DNA from: Eggerthellaceae bacterium | GTDB lineage: Bacteria > Actinomycetota > Coriobacteriia > Coriobacteriales > Eggerthellaceae | Reading direction: 5' to 3' | NCBI GenBank assembly: GCA_017459925.1 | Contig: JAFUCC010000002.1 | Location: 24,400 to 88,399, forward strand | DNA: 64,000 nucleotides | Shown: positions 53,821 to 64,000 of the stretch, piece after piece | How positions within the stretch are numbered: the stretch's first letter is position 1 | Layout: every line of letters starts with the position of its first letter | The notes under the pieces: generated by a model | Seen by the model: the letters and a program-made list of their open reading frames with translations, nothing else | Databases searched by the model: none | What the model was told of the DNA's origin: nothing | Position numbers and translations under genes: made by a program

Positions 53821-54213
53821 TTGCAGATGGGAAAGAGCAAGGGAAAGAAACACAACAAGGTTCTCGGAAGAAGGGGCGAAGAGGCCGCGGCGCGGTACCT
53901 CGAGCTCAAGGGGTACGAGATCCTCGAGCGAAACTGGGCATGCCCGATGGGTGAAGCCGACATCATCGCCCGAGATGGATGCACGGTCGTGTTCGTAGAG
54001 GTTAAGACGCGAACGAGCATCGACAAGGGGTTGCCGTCGGAGGCGGTCAGCCCGCAGAAGCGTGCGCGTTACGAGAAGATCGCCTGCTGGTATCTCAGCG
54101 ATTACGAATACGTAGACGTGCCGGTGCGCTTCGACGTCATCGCCTTGTTGGTGAGCGCTCCCGACCGTGCCCTCATGCGTCATTACGTCAACGCGTTCCA
54201 GGCAGGGTGGTGA
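53821..54213 (+). CDS. yraN: YraN-family (UPF0102) endonuclease
   Basis: GRRGEEAAARYLELKGYEILERNW, GEADIIA, VFVEVKTR, RFDVI. Confidence 0.88.
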   Translation: MQMGKSKGKKHNKVLGRRGEEAAARYLELKGYEILERNWACPMGEADIIARDGCTVVFVEVKTRTSIDKGLPSEAVSPQKRARYEKIACWYLSDYEYVDVPVRFDVIALLVSAPDRALMRHYVNAFQAGW

Positions 54214-55703
54214 CCGTGGCGAGGCGCTGCTGCATCCATAGCGCAGTGCTTCGGGGCGTTGAGGCCATACCGATTGACGTGGAAGTGGCGGTCACGCAAG
54301 GCATGCCTGCTTTCAATATCGTCGGGATGGTCGACGCTGCGGTGCAGGAGTCGAGAGAGCGCGTTAAGGCTGCGCTGAAGGCCTCGGGCTTCGCAATGCC
54401 CGGTGATCGCGTGTTGGTGAGTTTGGCGCCGAGCTCGCTCAGGAAAAGCGGTTCCGGCTTCGATTTGCCCATCGCGGTCGGCATTCTCGTCGCGACAGGG
54501 CAAATCGATCCAAGCTTGGCAGACGCCATGCTGTTCGTGGGAGAGCTCTCGCTCGACGGAGCGGTTCGTCCAGTCTCGGGTTTGCTCGCCTACGCGCTTT
54601 GCGCGCGGGATTACGGCTTCGAGCTCATCTGCTCTGACGATGCTGACGGGTTGGTCGATGTCGAAGGCCTGCGCCAACGGGGGTTGAAGTCGGTTGGAAG
54701 CTTGCGCGAGCCTTCGTTCACGTCATTCGAGGGCAGGTACCTCGTCGATGACGAACGCGCGCTGGATTACAGGGACGTCGCAGGGCATGATATCGCCAAG
54801 CGCGCGTTTCAAATCGCCGCTGCAGGCAATCACGGGCTGCTCATGATGGGGCCACCCGGGTCGGGAAAGACGATGCTCGCCTCGCGCATGCCCTCGATCT
54901 TGCCGCCTCTTACGGAAGACGAGATGCTTCAGGCGGCATTGATACACTCCGTTGCGGGGGAGAACATCGCGCCGATACTCGCGGGCGTGCGCCCGTTTCG
55001 GGCGCCGCATCATTCCGCTACGGCTGCCGGGCTTATCGGAGGCGGCTCGCCGATTCGTCCCGGAGAGATATCGCTCGCGCACCTGGGCGCGCTTTTCTTG
55101 GATGAAATATCAGAGTTCAAGCCTTCGGTGCTCCAGCAGATACGCCAGCCCATCGAATCAGGTCAGGTGTGCATAACGCGCGCTGATGGAAGCGTTGCGT
55201 TCCCCTCGCGATTCCTGCTCGTGGCTGCGAGTAATCCATGCGCTTGCGGATACTACGGAGACCCCGATAGGCCTTGCACGTGTTCGGTGAAGCAGGTTCG
55301 CGATTACCAGAACCGTATAGGCGGGCCGTTAATGGACCGCATCGACCTGCACCTCGACGTGAGGCGAATCGAGCCGTCCGAAGTCCTTTCCGTTCAAGGC
55401 GGTACTTCGTCCGCTGAATTGAGGGAAGGCGTCATGCTGGGGCGCGCTTACGCCTCATGGCGCAAGGAGCGGGATACCTTCGAGCCGACAACGCGCGGGC
55501 TGGTTCGTTCGTGCAAGCTCTCTTCCGAAGATGCCGATTTCTTCGAGAAGACGGCGGCGGTGAGCCATATGAGCGGAAGGGCGATAGTCCGGGTCTTGTC
55601 GGTTGCGCGGACAATCGCCGACATTGCCGAACGAGAGTCGGTGGGAAGGGCAGACTTGTGCGAGGCGATTAGCTTCAGGATCAGGGACGGGGTGGGGCGA
55701 TGA
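54207..55703 (+). CDS. comM: YifB/ComM Mg-chelatase-like AAA ATPase
   Basis: Lon-like N-domain, GPPGSGKTMLA, LFLDEISEF, Cys cluster CACGYYGDPDRPCTC. Confidence 0.92.
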   Translation: MVTVARRCCIHSAVLRGVEAIPIDVEVAVTQGMPAFNIVGMVDAAVQESRERVKAALKASGFAMPGDRVLVSLAPSSLRKSGSGFDLPIAVGILVATGQIDPSLADAMLFVGELSLDGAVRPVSGLLAYALCARDYGFELICSDDADGLVDVEGLRQRGLKSVGSLREPSFTSFEGRYLVDDERALDYRDVAGHDIAKRAFQIAAAGNHGLLMMGPPGSGKTMLASRMPSILPPLTEDEMLQAALIHSVAGENIAPILAGVRPFRAPHHSATAAGLIGGGSPIRPGEISLAHLGALFLDEISEFKPSVLQQIRQPIESGQVCITRADGSVAFPSRFLLVAASNPCACGYYGDPDRPCTCSVKQVRDYQNRIGGPLMDRIDLHLDVRRIEPSEVLSVQGGTSSAELREGVMLGRAYASWRKERDTFEPTTRGLVRSCKLSSEDADFFEKTAAVSHMSGRAIVRVLSVARTIADIAERESVGRADLCEAISFRIRDGVGR

Positions 55704-56602
55704 CAGATGAAATCCAAGGGCCACGGCATGTTGTCGATGCGCGCAGCGAATCGTTCCCCGAAGCCCTGAAAACGATTCCGCGACCGCCGCAAAAGCTGTA
55801 CGTCATAGGGGCGCTCGAATCGCTCGTTCCAGGCCTTGCCGTCATCGGAGCGCGCAAGGCGACGCCGTACGGGCTCAGTTGCGCCCGCAGGTTCGCGCGG
55901 TTGGCGGCGGAAAAGGGCGTCTTGATCATTTCGGGCGGAGCGCGGGGTTGTGATTCAGAGGCCCACTGGGCTGCGCTCAAGGCCGAGAGCCCCACGGTCG
56001 TGTTCCTCGGGGGCGGCTGCGATGTGGTGTATCCGCCCGAGCACGCCCAGCTGTTCCAGCGGATCGTCGATTCTGGAGGGGCGATCGTCAGCGAGCGGAG
56101 TTGGGCAACGCCTCCCAAGCCGTTCATGTTCCGAGAGCGAAACAGGCTCATCGCCGGCTTGGCCGATGCGGTGCTCATCGTCGAAGCGGGGTTGCCGTCG
56201 GGCACGTTCTCGACCGCGGACGAGGCGCTCGATGCCGGAAAGGAAGTGCTGGTGGTTCCAGGGGCTATTACGAGCGAGGCGTCATATGGCTCGAACAGGC
56301 TCCTGTTCCAGGGCGCCTCGCCCATCATCGACGACGAGAGCTTCGAGGATGCGCTCTTCAGGTCTTGCGGCGTGCTGAAGCGCTTGAAGGGGAATGGCGA
56401 TGACGCGCCTGAAGAAGACCCGATCGTGCGATGCGTCCTGGCGCAGCCGATCGACAGCGAGGCGCTGTACGGGCTGGCGGTTGAGGAGTACGGCGCAGAT
56501 GGGGCGCGTGCGAAGCTCATGGAAGTCCTCGTGGAGGCGGAGGCCCGTGGCGTCATTGCGCGCCAGGGCGATGGGAGGTGGGGCCCCGTCGTCCGCTCAT
56601 AA
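55700..56602 (+). CDS. dprA: DNA processing protein DprA
   Basis: VIGARKATPYG, SGGARGCDSEAH, ERNRLIAGL. Confidence 0.92.
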   Translation: MTDEIQGPRHVVDARSESFPEALKTIPRPPQKLYVIGALESLVPGLAVIGARKATPYGLSCARRFARLAAEKGVLIISGGARGCDSEAHWAALKAESPTVVFLGGGCDVVYPPEHAQLFQRIVDSGGAIVSERSWATPPKPFMFRERNRLIAGLADAVLIVEAGLPSGTFSTADEALDAGKEVLVVPGAITSEASYGSNRLLFQGASPIIDDESFEDALFRSCGVLKRLKGNGDDAPEEDPIVRCVLAQPIDSEALYGLAVEEYGADGARAKLMEVLVEAEARGVIARQGDGRWGPVVRS

Positions 56603-56616
56603 GGTAAACTGACACC

Positions 56617-57996
56617 ATGATGAATCCTGTTTCCATAGCGGGAGCAGGCCTCGCCGGAAGCGAGGCTGCCCTTCAGCTCGCAAAGCGCGGGTTTCCCGTC
56701 GTGCTCCATGAAATGCGGCCGATGCGCGAAACGGCGGTTCATAAAACGGGGTTGTGCGCGGAGCTCGTCTGCTCGAACTCCCTCAAGAGCACCAAGTTGG
56801 CAAGCGCTGCAGGCATGTTGAAAGCCGAGCTCGAAGAACTCGGGTCGTTTCTTTACGAAGCCGCCCTCGAAAACGCCGTTCCAGCTGGCGGGGCATTGGC
56901 GGTGAACCGCGACTCGTTCGCAAGGCGCATCACGGAGCTCGTCGAGAACGATCCGCTCATCGACCTTAGGCGCGATGAGGTGACAAGCGTCGAGGAGCTT
57001 GCACAGGACTCGAGCGCGGTCGTCTTGGCAACCGGCCCCCTGACGAGCGAGTCGCTTGCGGCCTCGCTTCAAATACTCGTCGGCGACTACCTCGCCTTCT
57101 ACGATGCGGCGGCGCCCATCGTCATGGCTGATTCGCTCGACATGGGCGTGTTGTTCCGGCAAAGCAGATACGAAGACGCCGAAAGCGCCGATGGTGTATC
57201 GCAGGGCGATTATCTGAACGCCCCCTTTTCGAAAGAGGAATACGACGGGTTCATCGACGAGCTTCTCGCTGCGGAAAAGGTGATTGCCCGGGATTTCGAA
57301 TCGAAAGACCTGTTCCAAGCCTGCCAGCCTATCGAGGAAATAGCGCGCGCTGGCCATGACGCGCCACGGTTCGGCCCCTTGAAGCCGGTTGGCCTCACCG
57401 ACCCGCGGACGGGGAAGCGCCCATGGGCTGCGCTGCAGTTGCGAGCGGAAGACGCCGATCTGACCAGCTACAACCTCGTCGGATTCCAGACGAACCTCAA
57501 ATTCGGCGAGCAGGCGCGGGTTTTCAGGATGATTCCGGGGTTGCAAAACGCCGAGTTCGCGCGCTATGGCGTCATGCACCGCAACACGTTCATCGATGCC
57601 CCGCGCCTGCTTGATCGTAATTTGCGCCTGAAAGCGGCTGCAGCCCAAGGCGTGCAAACGCCCGTGTTCGTCGCGGGACAGCTTGGCGGGACGGAGGGTT
57701 ACTGCGAGGCGATCCGGTCCGGATTGCATGTGGCTCTGAGCATTTCCGCCTTGCTTGAGGAAGTGGATGCGCCGCGCCTTCCCCGGGAGACTGCGTTCGG
57801 CGCGCTCCTCGCTCATGCGACCGATGCGAACACGGTCGGTTACCAGCCTATGCACGTGAATTTCGGGGTCATGCCGCCTCTCGACCAGCCTGTTCGGAAC
57901 AAGGGGAAACGCTATGAAGCGTATTCCGAAAGGGGATTGGCCGCCCTTGGCTCGTACAAGGGAGAACTTGCCGCTTGCGGTCTTTTGGAGGGCTAG
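56617..57996 (+). CDS. trmFO: methylenetetrahydrofolate-tRNA-(uracil54-C5)-methyltransferase TrmFO
   Basis: FAD fold IAGAGLAGSEAALQLA, LVCSNSLKS, GFQTNL, GQLGGTEGY. Confidence 0.92.
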   Translation: MMNPVSIAGAGLAGSEAALQLAKRGFPVVLHEMRPMRETAVHKTGLCAELVCSNSLKSTKLASAAGMLKAELEELGSFLYEAALENAVPAGGALAVNRDSFARRITELVENDPLIDLRRDEVTSVEELAQDSSAVVLATGPLTSESLAASLQILVGDYLAFYDAAAPIVMADSLDMGVLFRQSRYEDAESADGVSQGDYLNAPFSKEEYDGFIDELLAAEKVIARDFESKDLFQACQPIEEIARAGHDAPRFGPLKPVGLTDPRTGKRPWAALQLRAEDADLTSYNLVGFQTNLKFGEQARVFRMIPGLQNAEFARYGVMHRNTFIDAPRLLDRNLRLKAAAAQGVQTPVFVAGQLGGTEGYCEAIRSGLHVALSISALLEEVDAPRLPRETAFGALLAHATDANTVGYQPMHVNFGVMPPLDQPVRNKGKRYEAYSERGLAALGSYKGELAACGLLEG

Positions 57997-57999
57997 CCC

Positions 58000-59001
58000 A
58001 TGGCTCGGAAGGTCATGACGAGGGCGCCGAAAAGGCCCTTGCAGAAAGAGGTCGCGGACGATGAGCGCGTGTACGACGATTCACGCGTCACGGTCCTCGT
58101 GGACGGGTTCATCGGGTACCTGAGGGCGGAACGCGGGTTCTCGGAGCACACCATTAGGAACTATGGCGTAGACCTCGGTTCGTTCCTCAGGTGGTGCGCC
58201 CGCCATGACGTCGACCCCCTGAATGCGACGCATCGGCAGCTGCGTGCGTACCTGGGGGAAATGGACGCTGCCCGCTATTCGCGGGCAACCGTGAACCGGC
58301 GGCTTTCGTCGCTGCGCGGCTTTTACCGCTGGATGAACCTCGTGGGCGCCATGGACGCCGACCCGGCTGAGGCGCTGAGCGGCCCGAAACGCGGCAAGCA
58401 CTTGCCGCATGTGCTGAAACAAGACGAAATGGACCGGTTGTTGGCGCTGAATGCGCCCATGGGCCCAGATGGCGGGCCGCGCGAGAGAACGCCGGAGGAG
58501 GTTCGAGACCAAGCCATGCTCGAGTTCCTGTATGCCAGCGGCGCGCGCATATCGGAAGCGGCGAATCTCAGGGTCGGCGACGTTGATTTCAACTCGAACC
58601 TCGTGAAGTTGTTCGGCAAGGGCAGCAAAGAGCGCATCGTTCCATTGCACGATTTATGCGTTGACGCGATGAAGTGCTACCTTGACGAGGCTCGGCCGGC
58701 TCTTTTGAAGGGAAAGTCCGCGACAGACCGGTTCTTCATCTCGAAACGGGGAAACCCCATGAGCGCGGATGCCATGCGCGTGCGCTTCAAAGCCCTGGTA
58801 CGGCAAGCTGGGATTGACGGCAAGCTGACACCGCATGACATGCGCCATACGTTCGCGACCGACCTGCTCGACGGGGACGCCGACCTGCGTTCGGTTCAGG
58901 AGATGCTCGGCCATGCGAGCCTATCGACGACTCAGGTGTACACGCACCTTTCCACGACGCGCCTGAAGGACGCACATCACCAAGCCCACCCTCGCGCGTA
59001 A
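58000..59001 (+). CDS. XerC/XerD-family tyrosine recombinase
   Basis: [31 protein letters not shown]; housekeeping dprA-trmFO-xer context. Confidence 0.9.
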   Translation: MARKVMTRAPKRPLQKEVADDERVYDDSRVTVLVDGFIGYLRAERGFSEHTIRNYGVDLGSFLRWCARHDVDPLNATHRQLRAYLGEMDAARYSRATVNRRLSSLRGFYRWMNLVGAMDADPAEALSGPKRGKHLPHVLKQDEMDRLLALNAPMGPDGGPRERTPEEVRDQAMLEFLYASGARISEAANLRVGDVDFNSNLVKLFGKGSKERIVPLHDLCVDAMKCYLDEARPALLKGKSATDRFFISKRGNPMSADAMRVRFKALVRQAGIDGKLTPHDMRHTFATDLLDGDADLRSVQEMLGHASLSTTQVYTHLSTTRLKDAHHQAHPRA

Positions 59002-59011
59002 ATCTTTATGG

Positions 59012-59056
59012 CGAACAAATGTTTTATTCTGAATGTGCCGGACGGTCTAGTAGAAT
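59012..59056 (+). promoter_or_regulatory. candidate LexA (Cheo-type) box and -10 upstream of uvrA
   Basis: CGAACAAATGTTTT (59012-59025; GAAC-N4-GTTT, one mismatch to GAAC-N4-GTTC) and TAGAAT at 59051-59056. Confidence 0.45.
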
Positions 59057-59085
59057 ACTGCTTCGACACATGAAAGCGGGGAGCT

Positions 59086-61968
59086 ATGGGACAGAATTCC
59101 ATTGTCATTAAAGGTGCGCGCCAGCACAACCTGAAAGACATCGACCTTGAGATACCGCGCGACAAGCTCGTGGTCATAACGGGCTTGTCGGGGTCGGGCA
59201 AGTCATCGCTTGCATTCGACACGATGTATGCGGAAGGGCAACGGCGCTATGTCGAAAGCCTGTCGAGCTATGCGCGCATGTTCCTCGGGCAGATGAGCAA
59301 ACCCGATCTCGACAGCATCGACGGCTTGTCGCCTGCCGTGTCCATCGACCAGAAGACCACGAGCCGCAACCCGCGTTCCACCGTGGGAACCACTACCGAG
59401 ATTTACGATTACCTGCGCCTGCTGTTCGCGCGGACCGGCGTCCCGCATTGCCCCGAATGCGGGCGCGTCATCAAGAAGCAAACGACCGATCAGGTTACTG
59501 ATGAAATCCTGAAGCTCGGAAACGAAGACGGCACGACGAAGGCCATCATCATGGCGCCTGTCGTCACGGGGCGAAAAGGCGAATTCACAAAACTCTTTGC
59601 CGATTTGGGTAAAGAGGGCTTTGCGCGCGTCCGCATCGACGGCGAAGTCGTGCGCCTAACGGGCGAGGAGATAACGCTCAACAAGAAGATAAAGCACTTC
59701 ATCGACGTCGTGGTCGACCGCGTGGTGCTGAAAGGGTCTGCCACGGGGCGCATTGCCGAGTCGGTCGAAACGGCGACGACGTTGGCAGACGGGCGCGTGC
59801 TCGTGCAGCTCCTCGACGAGAAGGGCAATGCGCTTCAAGCCGATGCGCCGACGTCTTCGGGCGCCACAGGAGGGCTGCGTCCCGGCGAGCACCTGTTCTC
59901 CCTCGCGCTCGCATGCCCCGAGCATGGCCATTCCATGGACGAGCTTCAGCCTCGAGACTTCTCGTTCAACGCGCCTTACGGAGCTTGCCCCGAATGCCTC
60001 GGCATCGGCAGCCGCGACGAAGTCGACCCGCGGCTCGTCGTGCCCGACACGACGCTTTCTCTCAACGAAGGGTGCATTGCCCCGTTCAAGACGGGCAACT
60101 ACTATCCGCAAGTTATGAAGGCGGTTCTCAAGCATGTCGGCGCTTCGCCTGACACGCCATGGGAAGACCTTCCCAAGAAAGCTCAAGATGCGCTGCTGAA
60201 AGGCTGCAAGGGGCGCGTGCGCGTCGATTACGTCACGGTTGACGGCCGCGAGACCTATTGGTACATCGAATGGCATGGCGTGTTGGCGGCCGTCGAGGAG
60301 AAGCTGCGCGAGGCGGGAAGCGATCGGCAGCGCGAACGCATGGAAGCGTACTTTTCGACGATTCCATGCAACACATGCGGCGGCAAGCGCCTGAAGCCCG
60401 AGATCCTCGCCGTCACAGTAGGCGGCAAGAACATCCACGAAGTATGCGAGCTATCGGCGGTTGAATCTCTCGAATTCTTCGAATCGCTCACGCTCGAAGG
60501 GCAAGACCTGCAAATCGCAGGGCCCATTGTCAAGGAAATCAAGGCGCGCTTGCGTTTTCTCGTCGACGTGGGCCTCGATTACCTCACGCTCGAGCGCGCC
60601 ACGGCGACGCTTTCCGGTGGCGAAGCCCAGCGCATCAGGCTCGCCACGCAAATCGGCGCAGGGCTCATGGGAGTGCTCTACATTCTCGACGAACCGTCGA
60701 TCGGTTTGCATCAACGCGACAACGAACGCCTCATCGCAACGTTGAAGCGCTTGCGCGACCTCGGCAACACCGTCATCGTGGTCGAACACGATGAAGACAC
60801 CATCCGCTCTGCCGACTACGTGGTCGACATGGGGCCGGGCGCTGGCGAGAACGGCGGATACGTCGTTGCCGCGGGCACGCCCGCAAAAGTCGCAAAGGCC
60901 AAGGGGTCGGTGACGGCAGATTACCTGAGCGGCCGCAGGCGCATCGAGGTGCCGGCCGAACGTCGCAATCCAGGCCGCGGCAAAGTCGTCCTAACGGGCG
61001 CATCCGAGAACAACCTCAAGAAGATCAACGTCGAGATAGAGATTGGCACGCTCACGGTCGTGACGGGTGTCTCGGGGTCGGGGAAGTCCTCGCTTGTCAC
61101 CGACACGCTGGCGCCGCTGCTTGCGAACCGCGTCAACCACGCACGACGCCGCACGGGCGAGTTCAGGAAGATTTCGGGTCTTGAGAAAATCGACAAGGCC
61201 ATCAACATCGACCAAAGCCCCATCGGACGTACGCCGAGGTCGAATCCGGCAACCTACATCGGGCTATGGGACGACATCCGCGCCCTGTTCGCCTCGACGC
61301 AAGAATCAAAGGCGCGCGGGTACTCGCCTGGGCGCTTCTCCTTCAACGTCAAAGGCGGGCGTTGCGAAGCCTGCAAGGGAGACGGCCAGATAAAGATAGA
61401 AATGCACTTCCTTCCCGACATTTACGTTCCGTGCGAGGTGTGCAACGGCGACCGCTACAACCGCGAGACGCTGCAGGTCACGTACCGCGGGAAGAACATC
61501 GCCGACGTGCTCGACATGACGGTGGATGAGGCGCTCGAGTTCTTCAAGAACATCCCCGGCATCAAGCGCAAGCTCGAAACGCTGCACGATGTCGGCCTGG
61601 GGTACATCCGTCTCGGGCAGCCTGCTACGACGCTTTCCGGCGGTGAAGCGCAGCGCGTGAAGCTTTCAAGCGAACTGCAAAAGCGGCAAACGGGCAAGAC
61701 GTTCTACATCCTCGACGAGCCGACGACGGGTTTGCATTTCGAAGATGTCCGCCAGTTGCTCGCCGTGTTGCAGAGGCTCGTCGACGCCGGGAACACGGTG
61801 CTGGTCATCGAGCATAACCTCGATGTCGTGAAGTCGGCAGACCGCATCATCGACCTTGGCCCCGAAGGCGGCGAGCGTGGAGGACGCATCGTGGCCACTG
61901 GAACGCCCGAAGAGGTTGCGCAGGTGAAGGAAAGCTACACCGGCCAGTTCCTGGCTCGTATGTTGTAA
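59086..61968 (+). CDS. uvrA: excinuclease ABC subunit A
   Basis: Two ABC modules ([32 protein letters not shown] twice), zinc fingers. Confidence 0.97.
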   Translation: MGQNSIVIKGARQHNLKDIDLEIPRDKLVVITGLSGSGKSSLAFDTMYAEGQRRYVESLSSYARMFLGQMSKPDLDSIDGLSPAVSIDQKTTSRNPRSTVGTTTEIYDYLRLLFARTGVPHCPECGRVIKKQTTDQVTDEILKLGNEDGTTKAIIMAPVVTGRKGEFTKLFADLGKEGFARVRIDGEVVRLTGEEITLNKKIKHFIDVVVDRVVLKGSATGRIAESVETATTLADGRVLVQLLDEKGNALQADAPTSSGATGGLRPGEHLFSLALACPEHGHSMDELQPRDFSFNAPYGACPECLGIGSRDEVDPRLVVPDTTLSLNEGCIAPFKTGNYYPQVMKAVLKHVGASPDTPWEDLPKKAQDALLKGCKGRVRVDYVTVDGRETYWYIEWHGVLAAVEEKLREAGSDRQRERMEAYFSTIPCNTCGGKRLKPEILAVTVGGKNIHEVCELSAVESLEFFESLTLEGQDLQIAGPIVKEIKARLRFLVDVGLDYLTLERATATLSGGEAQRIRLATQIGAGLMGVLYILDEPSIGLHQRDNERLIATLKRLRDLGNTVIVVEHDEDTIRSADYVVDMGPGAGENGGYVVAAGTPAKVAKAKGSVTADYLSGRRRIEVPAERRNPGRGKVVLTGASENNLKKINVEIEIGTLTVVTGVSGSGKSSLVTDTLAPLLANRVNHARRRTGEFRKISGLEKIDKAINIDQSPIGRTPRSNPATYIGLWDDIRALFASTQESKARGYSPGRFSFNVKGGRCEACKGDGQIKIEMHFLPDIYVPCEVCNGDRYNRETLQVTYRGKNIADVLDMTVDEALEFFKNIPGIKRKLETLHDVGLGYIRLGQPATTLSGGEAQRVKLSSELQKRQTGKTFYILDEPTTGLHFEDVRQLLAVLQRLVDAGNTVLVIEHNLDVVKSADRIIDLGPEGGERGGRIVATGTPEEVAQVKESYTGQFLARML

Positions 61969-62022
61969 ACGAACCTTTTTCGGAAATCGGCTTCCTCAGG
62001 CGAGTTGCAGTAAGATAGGCGC

Positions 62023-62724
62023 ATGCAAAAACGCACGCGGGAAATAATTGCGCTCGTGCTCCTTATCGTGCTCGGCATAGCCGGCGTGAGCGCCATGGCA
62101 TGGTACATCCTTGTCGGGCATAGCTGGAACGCAGCCGCGTCGCTCATCGACGATCATTTCGGTTCGATGGAGGGGTATACCGTCGTCCTCTGCGAAGGGA
62201 CGATGCCCTATAACGCGAATGCCGAAGATGCCAAGGACGTGGCGCCTGAAGAGCGTGCCGTTGGCGAGCCGGTTCGCGAAATCGCATCTGACATTCCAGA
62301 CGACGAGTCGCTTTCAATTGCCCATGTCGCCGAGAGCTACGTGGAAAAGGACGCGCAGGTCGTCATGGTCGACGTCGAAAACCCAAGAGATTATGCCGAT
62401 CCGGTTATCGTTTCACGTAACGGCAAGCGAATCGCCGTGTTCTACGCAAGCGGCCCGAGGGCCGATCTTGCAGCGCGTCAGATGGTCAAGCAATTGCGCC
62501 ATTACGCCGTCAACGTGAGCATCTGCATAACCGACGACCTCGAGGCGGTCGAGCGAGGCCTCGGGCGGGTGGACATCGCCATATGCACTGACCGCAAGGC
62601 AATCGATGAGAATGGGTACATCGGCAAGACGTATACCGTGGGGCTGCCTTATGTCGGGCAGGTCAGGGCGGTGCTGCTCGCTCCGAGCGGATACGTCTCG
62701 TCGAAGGCGATATCATCGTTATAA
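62023..62724 (+). CDS. hypothetical N-terminally membrane-anchored protein
   Basis: Single TM IIALVLLIVLGIAGVSAMAWYIL then a ~190 aa soluble domain; no motif recognised. Confidence 0.6.
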   Translation: MQKRTREIIALVLLIVLGIAGVSAMAWYILVGHSWNAAASLIDDHFGSMEGYTVVLCEGTMPYNANAEDAKDVAPEERAVGEPVREIASDIPDDESLSIAHVAESYVEKDAQVVMVDVENPRDYADPVIVSRNGKRIAVFYASGPRADLAARQMVKQLRHYAVNVSICITDDLEAVERGLGRVDIAICTDRKAIDENGYIGKTYTVGLPYVGQVRAVLLAPSGYVSSKAISSL

Positions 62725-62754
62725 AGACGGCTCATGGGGCCTGGATAACAGGGC

Positions 62755-64000
62755 GTGAAAGACGGTGTGCCGAGCTTGGAGCAACAAGAGGAGAAAATTG
62801 CGCGCATAAAACGCGAGCTTGAAAGCGTGCCCGCCCTGCCTGGCGTGTACCTTTGGAAAGATTCGTCTGGTCAGGTAATCTACGTAGGCAAGGCGAAGCA
62901 GCTCCGAGCGCGCATGCGGCAGTACGTCAACTTCCAAGACGAACGCGCGAAGATCCCCCTCCTCGTCGACGCCATCGATTCGTTCGAGTACATCGTCGTG
63001 GAAAACGAGCATGAGTCGCTCGTGCTCGAGAAGAACCTCATCAACCAGCATTCGCCGTTCTTCAACGCTGACTTCAAGGACGACAAGTCATATCCGTTCA
63101 TCGCCCTGACGATGGGCGATGCCTTTCCTGCAATCAAGTACACGCGCGAGAAGCACCGGGATGACACGAGGTATTTCGGCCCGTACACCGATAGCCGGGC
63201 CGCACGCATGATGGTCGACGCCGTGCGTCGCGTCGTGCCGATTTGCGCCGCCTCGTGCGCTGAGTGGCGCAGGCTCAAGAGGAAATACGAACGGGGCGAC
63301 ATCGATGCCCTTCTCTCGTCAGACGGCATGCTGCGGCCATGCTTCGATGCCCATGTGGGCTTGGGGCCGGGCGTGTGCTGCGGGCAGATAACTCCCGACG
63401 AGTACGCCGAGAACGTGCGGAGGGTCGCGCGGTTCCTCGACGGGCATCACGACGAGTTCGTGAAAGAGATGTCCGACGAGATGATGGAAGCGGCCGAAAG
63501 CCTCGATTTCGAGCGGGCAGCGCGCATAAAGGAGCGCATCGACGCCGTCGGCGCCCTTTCGGATCGGCAGCACGCAGTGTCTTCGCGCAACCTCGATGCC
63601 GACGTCATCGGCTTTTACCGCGAGGAGACGATAGCAGGTGTTCACGTGCTCATGGTGCGCGAAGGATGCATCATGAACAGCAACGAGTTCGTGTTGAACA
63701 AGGGCAGCGACGTGCCCGACGACGATCTGCTGCGCGCGTTCCTGCTTCGTTACTACGATGCCACGACTTCGATCCCGCGCGAGGTCATCGTGCGGGATGC
63801 GCCTGAAGACGCAGACGTCATGGCCGATTGGCTGACCGAGAAGCTCGATAACGCCCATGGGGCGAAGGTGAGGTTCACGGCACCTCGGAAAGGCGAGAAA
63901 CACGACCTCGTCGTGATGGCGGAGCGAAACGCCAAGCACACGCTTTTAAGGTACAAGGTTCGCACGAATTACGAGGACAAGCGCGTGAACGACGCCTTGC
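62755..64000 (+). CDS. uvrC: excinuclease ABC subunit C, 3' end cut by window edge
   Basis: GIY-YIG PGVYLWKDSSGQVIYVGKAKQLRARM, UVR domain FERAARIKERIDAV; first possible start is GTG 62755, after the in-frame TAA at 62746. Not in the ORF track because it has no stop in the window. Confidence 0.9.
   Translation, partial: MKDGVPSLEQQEEKIARIKRELESVPALPGVYLWKDSSGQVIYVGKAKQLRARMRQYVNFQDERAKIPLLVDAIDSFEYIVVENEHESLVLEKNLINQHSPFFNADFKDDKSYPFIALTMGDAFPAIKYTREKHRDDTRYFGPYTDSRAARMMVDAVRRVVPICAASCAEWRRLKRKYERGDIDALLSSDGMLRPCFDAHVGLGPGVCCGQITPDEYAENVRRVARFLDGHHDEFVKEMSDEMMEAAESLDFERAARIKERIDAVGALSDRQHAVSSRNLDADVIGFYREETIAGVHVLMVREGCIMNSNEFVLNKGSDVPDDDLLRAFLLRYYDATTSIPREVIVRDAPEDADVMADWLTEKLDNAHGAKVRFTAPRKGEKHDLVVMAERNAKHTLLRYKVRTNYEDKRVNDAL

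Noticed and set aside
58000-59001. Tyrosine recombinase as a marker of an integrated mobile element.
   Set aside because: It sits in the conserved housekeeping string dprA-trmFO-xer, has XerC/D-type motifs, and has no flanking att-like repeats or phage/ICE genes.

Overview
High-GC actinobacterial chromosome segment. Gene order and protein idiosyncrasies suggest a Coriobacteriia-type gut actinobacterium; this is inference, not a database hit.

Backbone (housekeeping):
- rpoB (5' partial)-rpoC
- divergent ppk1 and two-domain ppk2
- srtB-purM-purN and an XdhC-like gene
- yceD-rpmF-plsX-rnc-smc-ftsY
- ffh-(LRR gene)-rpsP-KH-rimM-trmD-lepB-glyQ-glyS
- ppdK, mnmA, cysK, mtnA, azlCD
- rplS-rnhB-yraN-comM-dprA-trmFO-xer-uvrA-(membrane ORF)-uvrC (3' partial)

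Observations worth a second look:
1. A compact module at 40.8-44.9 kb holds a bacterial VTC-domain (Vtc4-like polyphosphate polymerase fold) gene, an OmpR/PhoB-type two-component system and a DUF4956 membrane protein. All three transcription units carry the same Pho-box-like operator geometry: TTTCAG-N5-TTTCAG placed 9-10 nt upstream of a -10 box. This is my best candidate for an undescribed, phosphate/polyP-related system. The same window also holds ppk1 and ppk2.
2. An ~8 kb accessory insertion lies between ftsY and ffh. It carries a 1.8k-aa repeat adhesin whose signal peptide is separated from the body of the gene by a G9 homopolymer. That is either a phase-variation switch or a homopolymer sequencing error. 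The insertion also has a leaderless DUF559-like gene behind a consensus promoter.
3. Two unrelated families of intergenic paired palindromes (REP/BIME- or MITE-like) occur at 4 and 3 loci. Their arms co-vary to preserve inter-arm pairing.
4. Two housekeeping enzymes have unusual architectures. PPK1 has a ~550 aa acidic (Glu-Pro)n tail ending in a MinD-like amphipathic basic peptide, plus a Lys-run insertion. RpoC has a ~230 aa C-terminal extension containing an alpha-CTD-like helix-hairpin-helix segment.

I found no rRNA, tRNA, CRISPR array, transposase or prophage genes. All function calls come from motif recognition by eye. None has been checked by HMM or BLAST.
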